Assembly: GCA_977016875.1 (NCBI GenBank)
Contig: CDRNST010000060.1
Span: 1,736,001-1,800,000 of the forward strand
From: Pavona decussata
Taxonomy: Eukaryota
DNA length: 64,000 nucleotides
Direction: 5' to 3'
Shown here: in pieces, positions 62,040-64,000 of the stretch
Numbering within the stretch: the stretch's first letter is position 1
Layout: the number at the start of each line of letters is the position of its first letter
The notes under the pieces: generated by a model
Told to the model about the DNA's origin: nothing
Database searches by the model: none
The model's input: only the letters and a program-made list of their open reading frames with translations
Translations under genes and position numbers: made by a program

Positions 62040-62490
62040 ACAGCTCACAATAAGTGTATTCAAACCTCTGAATAATCTCTATCCTGGACGGTTTGGAGAA
62101 TATGTTTAAACAACCTTCTTGGTTCATTCATATAATGACGAGACTCCTCAAACAATGTTTTTGTGCCCAGGCCCTGTACTAAAGCTGCTAAGAGAGCGTT
62201 TAGCTATAGGGGGGCTGTCATGTGGAATGGCCTTGGTAACAAACTTAAAGATGAGACAAATCTCAACTCTTTCAAGGGTGCTCCGACTTTGTCTGGAACT
62301 GGGGTGGACTGAGGAAGTTTGCGATAGTACTTATTTAGCTACAGCTTAGGTTAATTTTTATGCAATGAACTGTAGAATAGTTTCTTTTAGTATTTGCTGT
62401 CTAGGATCATGTGTTTTAACTTTAGTGTCTTTTTAGCATCTTAGTTTTGTAATTTGTTCCGTAAACGGCTCACTGGAATAGCGCTTTTAA
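62040..62490 (+). mobile_element. L2/CR1-group LINE 3' fragment
   Basis: VHSYN../NNVFVPRPCTKAAKRAFSYRGAVMWNGL, a typical ORF2 C-terminus, then an AT-rich 3' UTR. Confidence 0.65.
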
Positions 62491-62503
62491 TGAAGTGATA
62501 CCA

Positions 62504-64000
62504 TGTTGTGTTTAAGGGCCGCAGGGTGACACTAAGTCAGACACAAAGTCACTAAGACACACTAAGGTCCGCCATTATGGTTTCTATTTCAACAACACCT
62601 TCCTTAATTACATTCCCGGATGTAAACGTGTCTTTACTCGTACCCAGAGCACCACAATCTCTCCTTTTCTCGAGTAACAACTTCTAACACGCCATTAAAA
62701 CTGATCAATGCAAAGGACTTAGTTCAACTTGTAAACAACTAAGCATACTAGAAACAATGTTCATCAAAAGAGTTGAAGCTTTGTCTTAAACAGTTCAATA
62801 TCATTCAACAATATCAACAAAATCACTAATGCAAAACAAGTCAAGGTCTCTGTTTTTCTAAACAGTTCATCAAAAGCTCAATCCAGAACATAGTCATCAA
62901 GGCGCCTGGGAGGCCGACTAACTCTCCCCGAACGACGTGGCGTGACTGCTGCTTCCTGAGGCACCTGCCCTTCAGGTGGACGGTCCACTGGTTCTGGTAT
63001 CAGGGTTTCCTCAGTTGGTTCTGGTTCCTGTTCTGTACTGGGTTCAACATCTGGAGTCACAAGTGGTTTTATGTGTTGTAGATTCCTTCTGTATTCGACT
63101 CCATGGGGTGACTTCAGAACAACCTGATCACCATGACATTCCGTAACTTTGTAAGGTTCAGTTTCATACGATGGACACAATTTGTTCTCCTTCCTTCTTT
63201 CCAGCAGTACAGCATCTCCTACATTGACAGCTCTGTCTTTTGCATGATTTCTTCTGTCAGCATAGTCTTTGGCTAGCTGTTTTCTTTCTGCGTCACGATC
63301 TCTGACTTGTTGGTAGACCACATCACTCTGTTTTTCAGCAACTTCTGTTAGCTCTGGTAGCTTGGTTGTCAACTTTCTCTTGAAAAACAGCTCAGCTGTG
63401 CTCACTCCTGTGGTGGTGTGATTGGTCGATCGGTAAGCCAGCAAGAACTTGTTGAGTTTGGCTCGCCAATTTTTTCCTTCAGCATGGAAAACTCTCATGG
63501 CTTTGAGAAGAGACTGGTTTTCTCGTTCCACCCCACCGTTGGCTCTTGGCCACAAAGGCGTTGTGTGATGATGAATGATGCCCACTTCCTCTAGGTATTT
63601 CTCCATCTCTTCAGACACAATGTTTGAACCATTATCAGTTCTCAAGCCAACTGGTACACCGTACCGAGCAAAATGGCTGTCTAGGCATTTGATAAAATTT
63701 TGTGGCACTTGTCGTTGAGTAGATAACATCTACCTCCATCCATCTAGAGAAATAGTCAACCGTTACTAATAAATACTCTCCTCCAGGCAACGGTCCTAAC
63801 AAATCCAAAGCTACTTCCTGCCAGGCTCCATCAGGTAGTCTTGTGGGCTTAATTGGTGGGGGTGGAACATGCTTGGTTACTAGCTGACACCCAAAGCATT
63901 CTCTACATTTCTTCTCTGCTTGCTTGTCAATTCCTGGCCACTACACCTATGATCTTAGACGCTCTTTGGTCTTAACAATCCCCTGATGCCCCTCATGAGC
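62504..64000 (-). mobile_element. Gypsy/Ty3 LTR retrotransposon 3' part (integrase region, PPT, 153-bp 3' LTR)
   Basis: PPT agaaaaggagaga (62670-62658), LTR TG...CA at 62656-62504, integrase upstream; runs off the window. Confidence 0.85.
62878..64000 (-). pseudogene. Gypsy pol (integrase) pseudogene
   Basis: HHCC finger AHEGHQG..CRECFGC, VDYFSRW, TDNGSN, PRANGGVERENQ, GPY/F-like PSYETEPY. In-frame stops (RS*V*WPG) and a frameshift near 63700. Confidence 0.85.

Overview
Eukaryotic (animal) genomic DNA, AT-rich and dense in repeats. The repeat repertoire looks like that of a stony coral or other cnidarian (inference). Three intact spliced protein genes were reconstructed by hand with GT-AG junctions and continuous frame. 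(1) A 15-exon mitochondrial-type DEAD-box helicase, DDX28 (+, 7775-20079, ~568 aa). (2) A 2-exon orphan class-A GPCR (-, 23247-24802, 374 aa) whose last codons and stop come from MITEs. (3) A 41-exon piRNA-pathway helicase, TDRD9/Spindle-E (-, 30670-60673, ~1440 aa), with a C-terminal C2H2 zinc finger. The rest is mobile DNA: a decayed AcademH-like DNA transposon carrying a RecQ-type helicase, a Gypsy 3' end, LINE and Penelope-like remnants (with decayed hammerhead-type motifs), a Harbinger transposase relic, many MITEs and a tRNA-headed SINE. The most intriguing signal is two families of ~250-260 bp repeats with a tRNA-Thr-like cloverleaf in the middle of the unit. They show terminal redundancy, TSDs and, in one copy, a perfect inverted 5' duplication. 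This fits Penelope-like mobilisation or a circular/multimeric RNA template better than a classical SINE. No database searches were run, so family names and novelty are unverified.
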